Positions 30,553 through 41,257 of a stretch of DNA of 64,000 nt are shown here, piece after piece (the stretch's first letter is position 1; every line of letters starts with the position of its first letter). The stretch comes from Alphaproteobacteria bacterium (GTDB lineage Bacteria; Pseudomonadota; Alphaproteobacteria; SP197). A model generated the notes under the pieces. The model had not been told where the DNA came from, did not search any database, and saw only the letters and a list, made by a program, of their open reading frames with translations. A program made the translations under genes and the position numbers. The stretch lies in assembly GCA_964291415.2 (NCBI GenBank), contig OZ219918.1, forward strand, positions 1,216,001-1,280,000. Reading direction: 5' to 3'.

Positions 30553-31194
30553 ATGGCACTGATGAGTCTGCAGGGCGAAGTTGACCTTCTGCTTGTGATT
30601 GACGTCCAGAACGACTTTTGCCCCGGTGGCACGCTTGGTGTTCCCGGGGGCGATGAGGTGGTCGCCGTCATCAACCGGCTGGCGCCGCACTTTCATCATT
30701 GCGTTGTCACCCAGGACTGGCATCCGGCGGACCATCTTTCCTTTGCCAGCAACCATGCCGGGCGCCAGCCCTTCGAGACAGTATCCCTCGACTATGGCGA
30801 ACAGGTGCTGTGGCCCGATCACTGCATTCAGGGAAGTCACGGCGCATGCTTCCACCGCGACCTTGACCGGCGCGGTGCCGACCTCGTCCTGCGCAAGGGT
30901 TTTCGCCGCGGCATCGATTCCTATTCGGCGTTCCGGGAGAACGACAAGGCGACGCCCACCGGCCTTGCCGGCTACCTGCGCGAACGGGGTTTTGCGCGCC
31001 TCTTCCTCGCCGGTCTGGCGACGGACTTCTGTGTCGCCTGGACGGCGCTCGATGCCGTGGCGGAAGGGTTCGATACCGTCCTCATCGAGGATGCCTGCCG
31101 GGCCATCGATCTTGACGGTTCACTCGCTGCCGCCATGGAGGCCATGACCGGTGCCGGGGTCACGATAACCCGGTCCGCCGCGATGACCGGCTGA
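30553..31194 (+). CDS. pncA: nicotinamidase/pyrazinamidase
   Basis: IDVQNDFCPGG, TQDWHP, WPDHC, RKG...DSYSAF, GLATDFCV. Confidence 0.93.
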   Translation: MALMSLQGEVDLLLVIDVQNDFCPGGTLGVPGGDEVVAVINRLAPHFHHCVVTQDWHPADHLSFASNHAGRQPFETVSLDYGEQVLWPDHCIQGSHGACFHRDLDRRGADLVLRKGFRRGIDSYSAFRENDKATPTGLAGYLRERGFARLFLAGLATDFCVAWTALDAVAEGFDTVLIEDACRAIDLDGSLAAAMEAMTGAGVTITRSAAMTG

Positions 31195-31196
31195 GA

Positions 31197-32471
31197 TCAG
31201 CCGGCAGCTGCCGAGCGCAAGCCTTCGTCCCGCCAGAAATCCGTTGCGGCACCGACATGAGCCGCGAGGTGGCGCGTCAGGTCGTACGCATCGTCCCCCG
31301 CCCCGTGGATGAAACTCGACTTGCGGCGGCGCAGAAATGTCAGCCCGGTGCGGTAGAGCCCCGGGGCCACCACACCTCCGTCATGGCGCAGGCCTCCCTT
31401 GCGATCGAATACCGGAAGATGGAGCCACGAATGGTCCGCCTCGAAACCGGTGGTCCAGATCACGCTTCGGATACCTTCCCGGGCGAAGTCGAGAACCAGG
31501 TCTGGCGATTCGGGGACGCGTGTGGGGGCCGGCCGTTCCGCTGCCTCCACCGCGCCATCGAGCCCGTTGCAGGTCGCCCACTCGTCGAGGGTGTCGAGAA
31601 GACGGCCCTGCTTGAGGTCAGCCAGGGCGCACTTGTTGGCCAGTGAACCGGAGAACTGGGCCCGCCCGTCCGCGACGCCTGCGAGACGTCCCACCAGCCG
31701 GACGCCGTCTGCCGTCAGTGCGTTGAGGTCGAGTGTGCTCCTGGGCTCGCTGCCGACGAGTTGCGGTGAGGGCACGCGGCGGGCTCGCGCAACATCCTCG
31801 ATTTCGTCCCAGCGTTCGTTGTGAAGACCCGAGCGGTCGAGCCACCAGAAGATGTCCCGTCCCCGGTACAGTCTCGGCATGCGCACGTGCTCCCCCACGG
31901 CGAGGGTGACCGGGCGTCCCGAGCGCCGCACCTCTTCTGCGATCTGGACGCCGCTTGCGGATGCGCCGACCACCAGCACGCCCCCTGGAGGCAGGCTGGA
32001 AGGGGAGGTGTAGTCGAAGGCTGTCAGCGATTCGACATCAACGGGCAGGTAGGAAGCGAAGGGCGGAATCCGAGCGATGTTGAAGCCGCCCGAGGCGATG
32101 ACCACAGCGGAACACGCGATTGCGTCCCGGTCGGTGGTCACCTGATAGCCGTCTGTCGATGCCGTCACCGACTCGACGTTCGTGCGCGTCCACAGCTCCG
32201 GACTGACGAGACGCGCGTAGCGTTCCAGGAAGGCGACGACTTCCGCCATGTCCATGTAGCCGTCAGGATCATCGCCGTCATAGGCCAGCCCCGGCAGCCG
32301 GGTCAGCCAGTTCGGCGTGAGCAGCCTGAGCGACTCCCAGCGTTCGGTAAGCCAGGAATGGCCCACCTCGCCGCGCTCGATGACCACGTGGTCGATACCG
32401 AGCGCGGCGAGGCAGTGACTTGTCGCAAGACCGGTATGGCCGGCACCTATGACGACAGCGGTCGTGCGCAT
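31197..32471 (-). CDS. flavin-containing monooxygenase / NAD(P)-FAD oxidoreductase (CzcO-like)
   Basis: VIGAGHTGL, RWESLRLLTPNW, VVGASASGVQIAEE, IWTTGF. Confidence 0.85.
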   Translation of the reverse strand: MRTTAVVIGAGHTGLATSHCLAALGIDHVVIERGEVGHSWLTERWESLRLLTPNWLTRLPGLAYDGDDPDGYMDMAEVVAFLERYARLVSPELWTRTNVESVTASTDGYQVTTDRDAIACSAVVIASGGFNIARIPPFASYLPVDVESLTAFDYTSPSSLPPGGVLVVGASASGVQIAEEVRRSGRPVTLAVGEHVRMPRLYRGRDIFWWLDRSGLHNERWDEIEDVARARRVPSPQLVGSEPRSTLDLNALTADGVRLVGRLAGVADGRAQFSGSLANKCALADLKQGRLLDTLDEWATCNGLDGAVEAAERPAPTRVPESPDLVLDFAREGIRSVIWTTGFEADHSWLHLPVFDRKGGLRHDGGVVAPGLYRTGLTFLRRRKSSFIHGAGDDAYDLTRHLAAHVGAATDFWRDEGLRSAAAG

Positions 32472-32478
32472 GGCGCGT

Positions 32479-33042
32479 TCAGGTCACCTCGACGGTGACG
32501 TTGGTCGGATTGGTGACGATGTCGAAAACCGCCGAACGCTTCTGTGACTGGGCGACGAGAGCCCTGATGTCTTCGGGAGTGGCATCGGCATCGATGTCGT
32601 AGGTGACACGGATGTTGCTGAAGCCGTTCCTGACATCCGGATCGGCTCCCAGGATACCCTGGATGTCCATGTCGCCCTCGACCGTGGCCTTGACCGAGTT
32701 CAGCTGGATTTCCCGGTTCTGGGCTACGGCGGCCACGCCTGCCGTGAGGCAGCTTGCCAGTCCGACGAGGACGATCTCGACGGGTGTCGCCGCATTGTCT
32801 TCCGCTGCGAAGACGAGGGGGTGGTCGGCTTCGAAGTCAAACTCAGACTTGTGGTCATGCTCGGCCCCGAGCCCGTAGTAGCTCCTGACCGACGAGCGCG
32901 AATGGGTGCCGTGAACCCACTCGTTGGTGGCACGCCAGACGAACCGGCCGGCTTCCGGGGTTTCGCCAAGGGCGTCGCGGGCGCCGAGCAAGGCCTCGAC
33001 GTTGACGCCGTTTTCTGCCGATTTGACCTGTACTTCACTCAT
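32479..33042 (-). CDS. OsmC family protein
   Basis: ADHPLVF, TPVEIVLVGLASCL, GDMDIQGILG, SQKRSAVFDI. Confidence 0.85.
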   Translation of the reverse strand: MSEVQVKSAENGVNVEALLGARDALGETPEAGRFVWRATNEWVHGTHSRSSVRSYYGLGAEHDHKSEFDFEADHPLVFAAEDNAATPVEIVLVGLASCLTAGVAAVAQNREIQLNSVKATVEGDMDIQGILGADPDVRNGFSNIRVTYDIDADATPEDIRALVAQSQKRSAVFDIVTNPTNVTVEVT

Positions 33043-33380
33043 GACTGTCTCCTTTTCGGGGATCGGGTTGGCAACGCAGGAACGCAACCTCCCGAACGGC
33101 GGGAAAGGAGCCTGATGCGAACAGGGCACGCAAAAGCCGAGTGTGAAAAACCTGGAATTTCAAGACGGATTCATGCATCCGACGGCACTCCACTCTCAAC
33201 TCCTACGCGCTCTGAAGAGCGCCGAGAGCGGTGTGACCGCGTATCGGCTGACTCATCGATCAGGCATTGGCACCGTCAAGACGGTTGCCGCGGCTTCGAA
33301 GGGCCTGTCCCTCCACCGCTCTGGATGAGCGCGTCCTGTATCGCCACTATGAGATCAGCGCCGGGACATTGTCAAGCGGC

Positions 33381-34871
33381 TTACTCTGATCCGTCGAGAT
33401 GTCGTATGCGGCCTTCGCGATCAGCGGAAATGGTACCGGCCGCCGATATGTCGTCGGCAAGAAGATTGGCCAGCACCCTGCCGTCCGCCGCACCAATGAT
33501 GACGTCGGCGGTCTCGAAGGCCTGGTATCCGTCGCCTCCGTCGGCAAGGAAATCGGTGGTGGCAACCGTGTAGCGGGTCTGCGGCTCGAGTGCCATGTCA
33601 CCGACGGTGATGGTCACGACGCGGGATCCCGCCGGCTGCGACGGATCATAGACAAACGAGAGCCCGGAGACCTGCAGGAACCGTCCGGAACCCTCGTCGA
33701 TGGCCGAAACGGCATGTTCGAGAACGAGCCTGAGGGTGCGGCCGGAGAGGTCCAGGACCACTGCCCTGTTTCCGAACGGCAGTTCCCTCAGCACCATCCC
33801 GCGTGTGATGGCCGTGCCCGGCGGATAGAGGGTATCGCCGCGGATTCCGCCGCCATTGTGGAGCGCGATGTCGCTGCCCGTGGCGCGGCGCATGGCGTCG
33901 GTCAGCAGGTTTCCGAAGGTTGTCTCGCGCGACCTGACATGCGCCCGTCGCGTGTCGAGGGCGGTCGCTGCATGTCCGATCACCTGGCTGAGGCCGGCAT
34001 CGAGATCGTTCTCGAAGTCTGCGACCATGGCGGCGATCTCCGGATCATCCCCGGCTCCTGCGGAAGCCTTGAGACGAATGTCCTCGAAGCGGATCAGGCC
34101 GTCTTCTTCGACGACAAGATCGGCTACCGCCACATGTCGCCCCCGGGATCCGGACTGCAGCATGGCCTGGTTGCTGTCCCATCGGGCCACCAGAAGATGG
34201 TCGTGCCCGCCAAGCACCATGTCGATCGCGTCCGACGCTGCCAACAAGGCCTGATCCTCCGCAAAGGCAAGATGGGTGAGGGCGATGACGACATCGGCGC
34301 CGTCTGCCTTGAGCGTCCGGGCCAGTTCGATCCCGCTGGAAACGACGGGGTCGAAGGAGACATCGTCGCCGGGTTTCGAGATCCAGGCCGTGTCCCCCGT
34401 GACGAGACCAAGGAGACCGATTGTCAGGTTGCCGCGCTCCAGCATGGCCGTGGCCTGCGTTCCGGCCAGCAGGCGGCCCTGGCGGCTGACATTGCCCGCA
34501 AGCCAGATCATGGAGGATTCGGCGAGGCGTTCTTCGAGCACGGCGGCTCCGAAGTCGAATTCGTGGTTGCCCGCAACGCCGATGTCGAAACCGATGGCAT
34601 CGGCCAGCGCGATCATGTGGGCGCCCTGATCGATGGCCGACAACGTCGACGGTGAGATCATGTCGCCGCCGAACGTGACCAGGGTCGCGCTGCCCAGGGA
34701 TGCCGCGCGCGTCCTTTCCCGGGCCACCACCGCCGCGATTCGGGGAGCCGCGGTCATGTCGGCCCAGTCGCTCAGGTGAATGACAGTCAGCCGATCCTCC
34801 GCATGGGCGGAATGCAGGGCCACAAGGCCGACGCCAAGAACCAGCGCCTGAAGGGCCCGGCGCGGCGACAT
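33381..34871 (-). CDS. periplasmic metallophosphatase/5'-nucleotidase
   Basis: Signal peptide, GGDMISPS, GNHEFD, GGHDH, NGGGIRGD, LPFGN, GGDGY. Start approximate. Confidence 0.88.
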   Translation of the reverse strand: MSPRRALQALVLGVGLVALHSAHAEDRLTVIHLSDWADMTAAPRIAAVVARERTRAASLGSATLVTFGGDMISPSTLSAIDQGAHMIALADAIGFDIGVAGNHEFDFGAAVLEERLAESSMIWLAGNVSRQGRLLAGTQATAMLERGNLTIGLLGLVTGDTAWISKPGDDVSFDPVVSSGIELARTLKADGADVVIALTHLAFAEDQALLAASDAIDMVLGGHDHLLVARWDSNQAMLQSGSRGRHVAVADLVVEEDGLIRFEDIRLKASAGAGDDPEIAAMVADFENDLDAGLSQVIGHAATALDTRRAHVRSRETTFGNLLTDAMRRATGSDIALHNGGGIRGDTLYPPGTAITRGMVLRELPFGNRAVVLDLSGRTLRLVLEHAVSAIDEGSGRFLQVSGLSFVYDPSQPAGSRVVTITVGDMALEPQTRYTVATTDFLADGGDGYQAFETADVIIGAADGRVLANLLADDISAAGTISADREGRIRHLDGSE

Positions 34872-35283
34872 CCACCTGGACATCATCGTCTGGACCTGCC
34901 GGCCGAAACCGCGCCCGTGTTGCATCCTGTCGGGAGACGTCACTGTATTCCCATCCATGACCGACAATTTGAACCCCGTATCTTCGATGCTCGCTTGCCG
35001 GTCAATGCCGTACCGGACCGGACAGGTCGTCCATTGCAGTTGAGAGCCACGCGCCGACGGCCGGTCCTCTGGCTCCCTCGGTTGCTGCGGGAGTCTTCGA
35101 GGAAGAGCCGTTTGAGCGGGCGGTGGAACTTCGGCGTTCCGTGTGAACGGGAATCGACCGTGATGACGGCGGAGCTGTCCCGTCGCCACGGACTTTAGCG
35201 AGCAGACGCGCACAAGCAGCTCGGGCTGGCGGCACGCCGTCGGCTTGACTAGGGTCTTCCGGCCAATCTCATCGGGAGCCACA

Positions 35284-36486
35284 ATGCCTCATTGCGACGT
35301 GGTCATCGTTGGAGCCGGAGCGATCGGCAGTTCGATCGCCTACCACCTGGGCAAACAGGGTGTGAAGTCCACCGTCGTGGAGCGCGAGTCCATCGGAGCG
35401 CGGGCCTCCGGCAAGGCCTGGGCGGTAATCCCCTATCCGCAGAAGTACATCGCCGAGGCGATATCACGCCATGTGTCAGATCAGAACCCGGGAGCCGACG
35501 GAACGCCGGAAGGTTCCAGGGCGAACGGTTGGCACGCTCTCGTCGCATCGTCCTGCGACCGCATGCCGGGCCTGGCTCTCGACATCGCCGAGCGCGGCGG
35601 CATCGACATCGAGTACGGCGAATCGCTCCACACGTTGCTCCTGACCGAGAAGGAAGTCGACGAGAGGAGTCAAGACGAGAGGCTGGCCTCGCACCGACAG
35701 GCCGGAGCCATCGAGACCGGCTGGCTCGACGCTCGCCAGCTCAGGGAGGTTTTCCCTTCACTCCATCCGAAGTGGGTCGCGGGCATCACCAGCCCGCAAG
35801 GTCAGGTCGAGCCGTACAAGTACACCCTGGGCCTGGCGCAGTCGGCTGAACGCCTGGGCGCCCTCATGAAGCAGGGAGAAGCGGTGGGTTTTGCCACGCG
35901 AGGCGATCGGATCACCGGGCTGAAGCTCGCCTCGGGCGAGCTCCTCGAGGCCGACCACTTCGTGATCGCCGCAGGTCCGTGGTCGCGGACCCTCGCGTCG
36001 CATCTCGGTGTTGATGTCCCGATGTTGACGATCATGGCCGAGTGCAGCCGGGTCACCTTGCCCTCGAGCCTGCCCTTCCAGACGCTTGAGGCGGGCGACT
36101 ACTGGATCATCCCCAAGGTGAACGGAGAGGTGATCCTGAGCGCCTACGAGGGGAGCGCCAGCAGACGGGACAACTTCGACGAGTCGCTCACCGAGGAAGT
36201 GAAGCTCAAGACGGTGTCGGAGTGCCTGGAAATCCTGCCCGCCCTCGAGGAGGCCAAGCTGGTGGAGCACCGGGGCGACCTGCTCGCTCTGACGTCGATG
36301 TCGACCGAAGAGCCTACGCTCGGGCGCTTGCCAGAGTGGGAGAACGGCTATCTTGCGACGCACTTCGGCGGAACGGGAATCATGATGAGCCCGGCAGCGG
36401 GCGAGCTGATGGCGGAACTCATCGTGACCGGTCAGCCACCTCTGCGCGCAACACAGATGTTCGCTCGGTTGGCGCCACCAGGCTGA
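35284..36486 (+). CDS. FAD-dependent oxidoreductase (DAO/glycine-oxidase-like)
   Basis: VVIVGAGAIG, ASGKAWA, IAAGPWS, HFGGTGIMMSPAAGELMAELI. Confidence 0.85.
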   Translation: MPHCDVVIVGAGAIGSSIAYHLGKQGVKSTVVERESIGARASGKAWAVIPYPQKYIAEAISRHVSDQNPGADGTPEGSRANGWHALVASSCDRMPGLALDIAERGGIDIEYGESLHTLLLTEKEVDERSQDERLASHRQAGAIETGWLDARQLREVFPSLHPKWVAGITSPQGQVEPYKYTLGLAQSAERLGALMKQGEAVGFATRGDRITGLKLASGELLEADHFVIAAGPWSRTLASHLGVDVPMLTIMAECSRVTLPSSLPFQTLEAGDYWIIPKVNGEVILSAYEGSASRRDNFDESLTEEVKLKTVSECLEILPALEEAKLVEHRGDLLALTSMSTEEPTLGRLPEWENGYLATHFGGTGIMMSPAAGELMAELIVTGQPPLRATQMFARLAPPG

Positions 36487-36897
36487 CGACGAACCCGCCA
36501 GAACCGGCGGAGAGCCCCCGCCTTTCCCCCGCTATCGCCGTATGCCAGTTCGTCGACGACGAAGGCCAAGGCCTCGCCGACAACCCTCGGCCTTCTGGCA
36601 CCGGAGCCGGACGTCGCTGGCGGTCGTGTGGCAGGGCATGCGATTCCGCCTCGAACGGAATGAAGTCCTCGTGGTCGCCACGGATCGCGATGCCGCGCCA
36701 GCTCCTGCCGGTCTCGGCCCGGCACCAGGACAAGCCGCAGCCGCCGATGTCGCAGCCGGCCGCGGCGTGATCGTAGGTCGGAACCCTGCGAGGGCTTCAC
36801 CTCGGTCACGTGGTGGCTCGCAGGGTGCAGCCCGGCAACCGTCGGTTGCGGTCGGTGCGGCCGATCCGATAGGCTCTTGCGACGAGGGAGCGAGGCG

Positions 36898-38487
36898 ATG
36901 GCCCATCTCGATGCCGTGGTCGTGGGGGCCGGCTTTTCCGGTCTCTACATGATGCATCTGCTGCGTCAGCGGGGCCTCTCGGCGCTCGGCATCGAAGCCG
37001 GCCGCGATGTCGGCGGCACGTGGTACTGGAACCGCTATCCCGGTGCCCGATGCGACAGCGAGAGCCTGAGCTATTCCTACTCCTTCGTGCCCGAGATCGA
37101 CCTCGACTGGCACTGGCCGGAGCGCTACTCCGAGCAGCCCGAGATTCTCGCGTACATCGACCATGTCGCCACCCGGCTCGACCTGCGACGCAGCTTCGTC
37201 TTCGAAACCCGGGTGACGACGGCCACCTACGACGAGGCGCGCGATCTCTGGACGGTCGGCACGGACCGGGGCGATTGTCTCACGGCGCGCTTCCTCGTCA
37301 TGGCGACAGGGTGCCTGTCGATCCCGAACAGACCGGCAATCGACGGCATCGAACGCTTCCGCGGCGAGTCCCTGCACACCGGCCTGTGGCCCCACGACGG
37401 CGTCGACTTCACGGGCCGCCGAGTTGCCGTCATCGGCACCGGCTCGACCGCGATCCAGTCGGTTCCGAAGATCGCCGGGCAGGCCCGCGAGCTCTTCGTC
37501 TTCCAGCGCACGGCCAACCATTGCGTTCCGGCGCAAAATCACCCCATGGATCCCGAGGCCGAGCGCGCCTACAAGGCACGCTACGACGCGCTTCGCGAAC
37601 AGGCGCGACACTCGTTTGCCGGTGACGTGGTGCCCGAACTCTACATCACCATCATGGATCTCTCCGATGAGGAGCTCGAACGCGAACTCGACCGGACATG
37701 GGCTCAAGGCGGGTTCTACACCCAGTATCCCTACATCGATCTCTTCACGGTCGGCGCGGCGAACGAGCGGGTGGCAGCCTACTCCCGCGCGCGCATCCGC
37801 GAGCGCGTGAACGATCCTGGCACCGCGGCGCTGCTGTGCGCCAGGGACCATCCGTTCGGGACCAAGCGCCTGTGCGCCGACACCTTCTACTTCGAGACCT
37901 TCAACGAGGACCACGTCCGTCTCGTCGACCTGCGCGCCACGCCGATCCGGGCGATCGACGAGAGCGGCATCGCCACGAGCGAGAGACACTACGAGGTGGA
38001 CGCCATCGTCTATGCCACGGGCTTCGACGCCATGACCGGGGCGCTCACCGCCGTCGACATCCGCGGACGCGAGGGCGCGCGGCTCCGCGACGTGTGGGCG
38101 GGCGGCCCTGTCAACTTCCTCGGCCTGACGGTCGCGGGGTTTCCCAATCTCTTCACCGTCACCGGCCCCGGCAGTCCGTCGGTGCTGTGCAACATGGTCT
38201 CGGCGATCGAGCAGCACGTCGAGTGGATCGACCGCTGCCTCGACTGGATGGGGGCAAGGGGCGCCACGTGCATCGAGGCCACCGCCGAGGCCCAGGCCGC
38301 ATGGGTGGACGAGGTCAACGTCGCCGCCCACGCGACGCTCTTTCCCGAGGCCAACTCCTGGTACATGGGCGCCAACATCCCGGGCAAGGCCCGTGTCTTC
38401 CTGCCCTATGTCGACGGTCTCAAGACCTACCGCGACCGGTGCGACGCGGTGGCGGGCGACGGCTACGCCGGGTTCGTCGTCTCGTAA
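36898..38487 (+). CDS. type I Baeyer-Villiger monooxygenase
   Basis: GAGFSG, GGTWYWNRYPGARCD, fingerprint FRGESLHTGLWP, GTGSTAIQ, ATGFD. Confidence 0.95.
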   Translation: MAHLDAVVVGAGFSGLYMMHLLRQRGLSALGIEAGRDVGGTWYWNRYPGARCDSESLSYSYSFVPEIDLDWHWPERYSEQPEILAYIDHVATRLDLRRSFVFETRVTTATYDEARDLWTVGTDRGDCLTARFLVMATGCLSIPNRPAIDGIERFRGESLHTGLWPHDGVDFTGRRVAVIGTGSTAIQSVPKIAGQARELFVFQRTANHCVPAQNHPMDPEAERAYKARYDALREQARHSFAGDVVPELYITIMDLSDEELERELDRTWAQGGFYTQYPYIDLFTVGAANERVAAYSRARIRERVNDPGTAALLCARDHPFGTKRLCADTFYFETFNEDHVRLVDLRATPIRAIDESGIATSERHYEVDAIVYATGFDAMTGALTAVDIRGREGARLRDVWAGGPVNFLGLTVAGFPNLFTVTGPGSPSVLCNMVSAIEQHVEWIDRCLDWMGARGATCIEATAEAQAAWVDEVNVAAHATLFPEANSWYMGANIPGKARVFLPYVDGLKTYRDRCDAVAGDGYAGFVVS

Positions 38488-38662
38488 GCCTCCGGCGCGG
38501 CAAGGCCGGGCTCCGACGCTTGCTGCAAGGGTGCCGCGGTCCGGCCCGGACGGGTCGAGCGCGTCGCGCGGCAGGCCACCGGTACGGGGTCGCACCACGC
38601 CCAGCAGGGCCAGCCGCGCGGCCCGCGGCATCGCCGCATAGCGGCGGCCCCGGCCAGCGGCG

Positions 38663-39631
38663 TTACGCCACGATCAGTTCGTGCTGAACCCGGCTCAGCC
38701 AGCGGGCCTGGGTTTCTGTGAAGGCCATCGTGTCGATCAGGATCGAGTAGCCTTCGAGATGCGGCAGGAAGAACTGGCTTTCGTGGTTCACCACGCGGCC
38801 GGGTGCAAAGACCTGATCGTCGTCATGGAGCGTGTCGGCGTCGTAGTGGAAGTCGCCCACCCAATCGGGCGGAAAGGCGATGCCGAGCTCGTAGCCGCCG
38901 ATCCAGCCGCGGTTCTCGTAGATTCCGACGTCCTTGTAATACTTGACGATCGTGTCGTTGAGCTCCTTGACCGGGAGGTTGGGTCTGAGGATTCCCTCAA
39001 GAGCCTTGTAGACGCCGGCGGAGAGGTTGATCCGTTCTACCGCGTCCGGGTGGGGCTCGCCGATCGAGAAGCTGCGGGCCTGATCGACGTGGTAGCGGTT
39101 GAAGACGCCGCAGACGTCGAGGAACACGACCTCGCCGACTGCGATCTGCTTGCGCGAGGCCATGCCGTGACCGGTGACCGCCTTCACGCCCGACGTCACC
39201 AGCATCGGGATCGCCTGGTTCTCGCCGCCGGCACGGGTCATGGCGGCCGTGGTCTCGCCCCAGAGCTCGAGTTCGGTGATGCCCGGCCGCAGGGTTTCGC
39301 GCGCGGCCTCGAGGCCGATGTCGGCGATACGGGCGGCCTTCTCGACGCAGACCATCTCGGCGGGCGACTTGAAGCTGCGCACCTCGCGGACGATCTCGGT
39401 GCCGTCGACCACGGTGCAGCCCTTGGCCTCCAGGGCCGCCTGGCATCGCTCGCTGACCCGCCGGTTGGGCCGATAGCTTCCCATCTCGAGACCCACGGTG
39501 CCGCCGGTCCAGCCCGATGACGCCAGTTCGTCGGCGACAAAGGCAAAAGCCGTGTCCGCGTCCTGGGGGCCACTGTAGAGACGGACATCCTCGGCGACGG
39601 TGTACACAGAAGACGGGTCGCGTACGCGCAA
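38663..39631 (-). pseudogene. M24 peptidase/creatinase-like gene, 5'-truncated
   Basis: VRSFKSPAE, DVCGVFNRYHVD, GYELGIAF, NHES. The N-terminal creatinase-like region is missing, the only start is TTG, and composition changes abruptly at about 39630. Confidence 0.7.
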
Positions 39632-39841
39632 CCCTTACTGAAACTCCAACCCGTTCTCTCTCCAATTACGACGCCATTACAGCACGATAGGAGCAATGTC
39701 AAGACCGGTCGGAAACGCCATACTGACAACTTATGTCGTTATTCAGTCGCAAAACTGTTGCGCTCGGGGAACTAAAGGGAAAACCCACAAGCCGCTAATA
39801 CGGTACGTAAGAATGCTCCACAGTGGCCGTTTTCGCGGACA

Positions 39842-39869
39842 TTGACACGACATAAACACAACGTAGCCT
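39842..39869 (+). promoter_or_regulatory. putative sigma70 promoter for the RHH operon
   Basis: TTGACA-16 nt-TAGCCT. The spacer contains CGACATAA, whose inverse TTATGTCG lies at 39731-39738. Confidence 0.45.
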
Positions 39870-39960
39870 AGGCACGCCGGAGGCCATAGGAGAAACTCCG
39901 AAGGATGTTTCACACGACAAGGGGGAACCATTCCATGCATATGTTGCAAGCGCTGAACCG

Positions 39961-40299
39961 ATGACGGCATCTAGTCGCCGGCAGCGCGCCGTCATGGCGA
40001 CCGATTCGGAGTGGGAGCGGATCACCCGCGCCGCCCAGGCGGCCGGCATGGATCTGTCGCGCTTCGTCATCCACCAGACACTCAATCGCGCTGCCCTGCC
40101 GGCGGAGGTCCTGCGCCGTACGGTGAGGGAGACGCTCATCCTCTCTCGCCTGGAGGAACGCCGACTGCGCGAGGCGGGCGCCGGCGGGGCCTGGGAGGAT
40201 GCCGCCGCGGCGGTCGACGACTGGCTGGTCCGGGAAGGTGTCCTGGCGCATCTCACGGATCCGGGAGCGGCCAACCGCTGGAAGGCATCGGGTCCGTGA
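39961..40299 (+). CDS. RHH/MobC-like protein 1
   Basis: RQRAVMATDSEWERITRAAQAAGMDLSRFVI beta-alpha-alpha pattern. Confidence 0.65.
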   Translation: MTASSRRQRAVMATDSEWERITRAAQAAGMDLSRFVIHQTLNRAALPAEVLRRTVRETLILSRLEERRLREAGAGGAWEDAAAAVDDWLVREGVLAHLTDPGAANRWKASGP

Positions 40300-40586
40300 C
40301 CCCGGATCTCAAACGCCAGCGCACCGTGCACTGCGCGCCGGAGGACCAGGCGCTGATCCGCGAACAGGCGGCCAAGGCCGGCACGACGATCTCCGGCTAT
40401 CTTATCGACCTGGTCCACAACGACGACCCAATGATCCATTCCCTCGTGCTCTCGCCCGACCAGCAGAGGGAGGTGCTGGCCGCCGCCCGCCAGGTGAACG
40501 GCATCGTCCATGCGCTCAACGAGGAGCTCCCCGGCACCGGCGGCCCCGGCATCTTCGCCGCCCTGGCGCTGATGGCAGATAAGTGA
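40296..40586 (+). CDS. RHH/MobC-like protein 2
   Basis: GTG start overlaps the upstream TGA. RQRTVHCAPEDQALIREQAAKAGTTISGYLI. Confidence 0.65.
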   Translation: MTPDLKRQRTVHCAPEDQALIREQAAKAGTTISGYLIDLVHNDDPMIHSLVLSPDQQREVLAAARQVNGIVHALNEELPGTGGPGIFAALALMADK

Positions 40587-41074
40587 TGCGGACCCGCCGC
40601 CGGCGCCGTACCAAGAGCAGGGCGCCGCCGAAGCACCTGACCATCTCGGCTACCGATGCCGAGTGGGAGACGATCCGGTACTTTGCGGAACTGAAGGGTC
40701 TCTCGATCGCGCGCTATCTCGTAGACCTGGCGCGCCGCGACGCGGCAGGCCACAACGACGGCCCGCCGCTGGTGCTGGACGACGAGGAGCAGGTGGAGAT
40801 TCTCGAACGGCTCCGGGAGGCGCCAACCCTCCTCGACACCGCCGGCGAGGCGAAGTCGCTGATTGCCGACATGCAGGCGCGGATCGCGGCGATGTTCACG
40901 CTGTGGGCGCGCGACAGGATTGATCGTGGCCGCGGAGACGAGCTCCGCGAGGAGCTCGCCCGAATCGTCGGCGAGGAGCAGACCGCTACCGTCATGGCGT
41001 CTATCGGCGGGAGCCGGCCGCGACGGCAGCGCCGCGCGGCAGACGACGAACCCGAACTGGATCTCTTTTCCTGA
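40586..41074 (+). CDS. RHH/MobC-like protein 3
   Basis: KHLTISATDAEWETIRYFAELKGLSIARYLV. Its PLVL..EEQ.E.L segment is shared with protein 2. Confidence 0.65.
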   Translation: MRTRRRRRTKSRAPPKHLTISATDAEWETIRYFAELKGLSIARYLVDLARRDAAGHNDGPPLVLDDEEQVEILERLREAPTLLDTAGEAKSLIADMQARIAAMFTLWARDRIDRGRGDELREELARIVGEEQTATVMASIGGSRPRRQRRAADDEPELDLFS

Positions 41075-41257
41075 AGCCGCGCCGCAGGGATCCGGTTTGT
41101 CGACGGTATCCCGGAGTGCGGCCCCTGGCACGAGGTATCGACGGTCCGGTTGGACTCGCCCCGCCTTCGGGGAAGGCGAACCCGTCTGCGCCGCTTCGAA
41201 TGCGGCGCCAGCAAGCCGGGCAAGAGACCATCCACGGTCACCCTGCGACCGCCGCTC

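Noticed and set aside
33143-33328. Small HTH-like ORF
   Set aside because: Too short and no convincing motif. At most a relic.
36500-36780. Minus-strand IRGDHEDFIPFEA segment resembling an alpha/beta hydrolase C-terminus
   Set aside because: Too fragmentary to annotate as a feature.
5318-38631. Many long antisense or alternate-frame ORFs (e.g. 5318-7072, 9386-11398, 21635-23653, 36532-38631)
   Set aside because: They overlap well-supported genes, lack motifs, and are expected from stop-codon scarcity in high-GC DNA.
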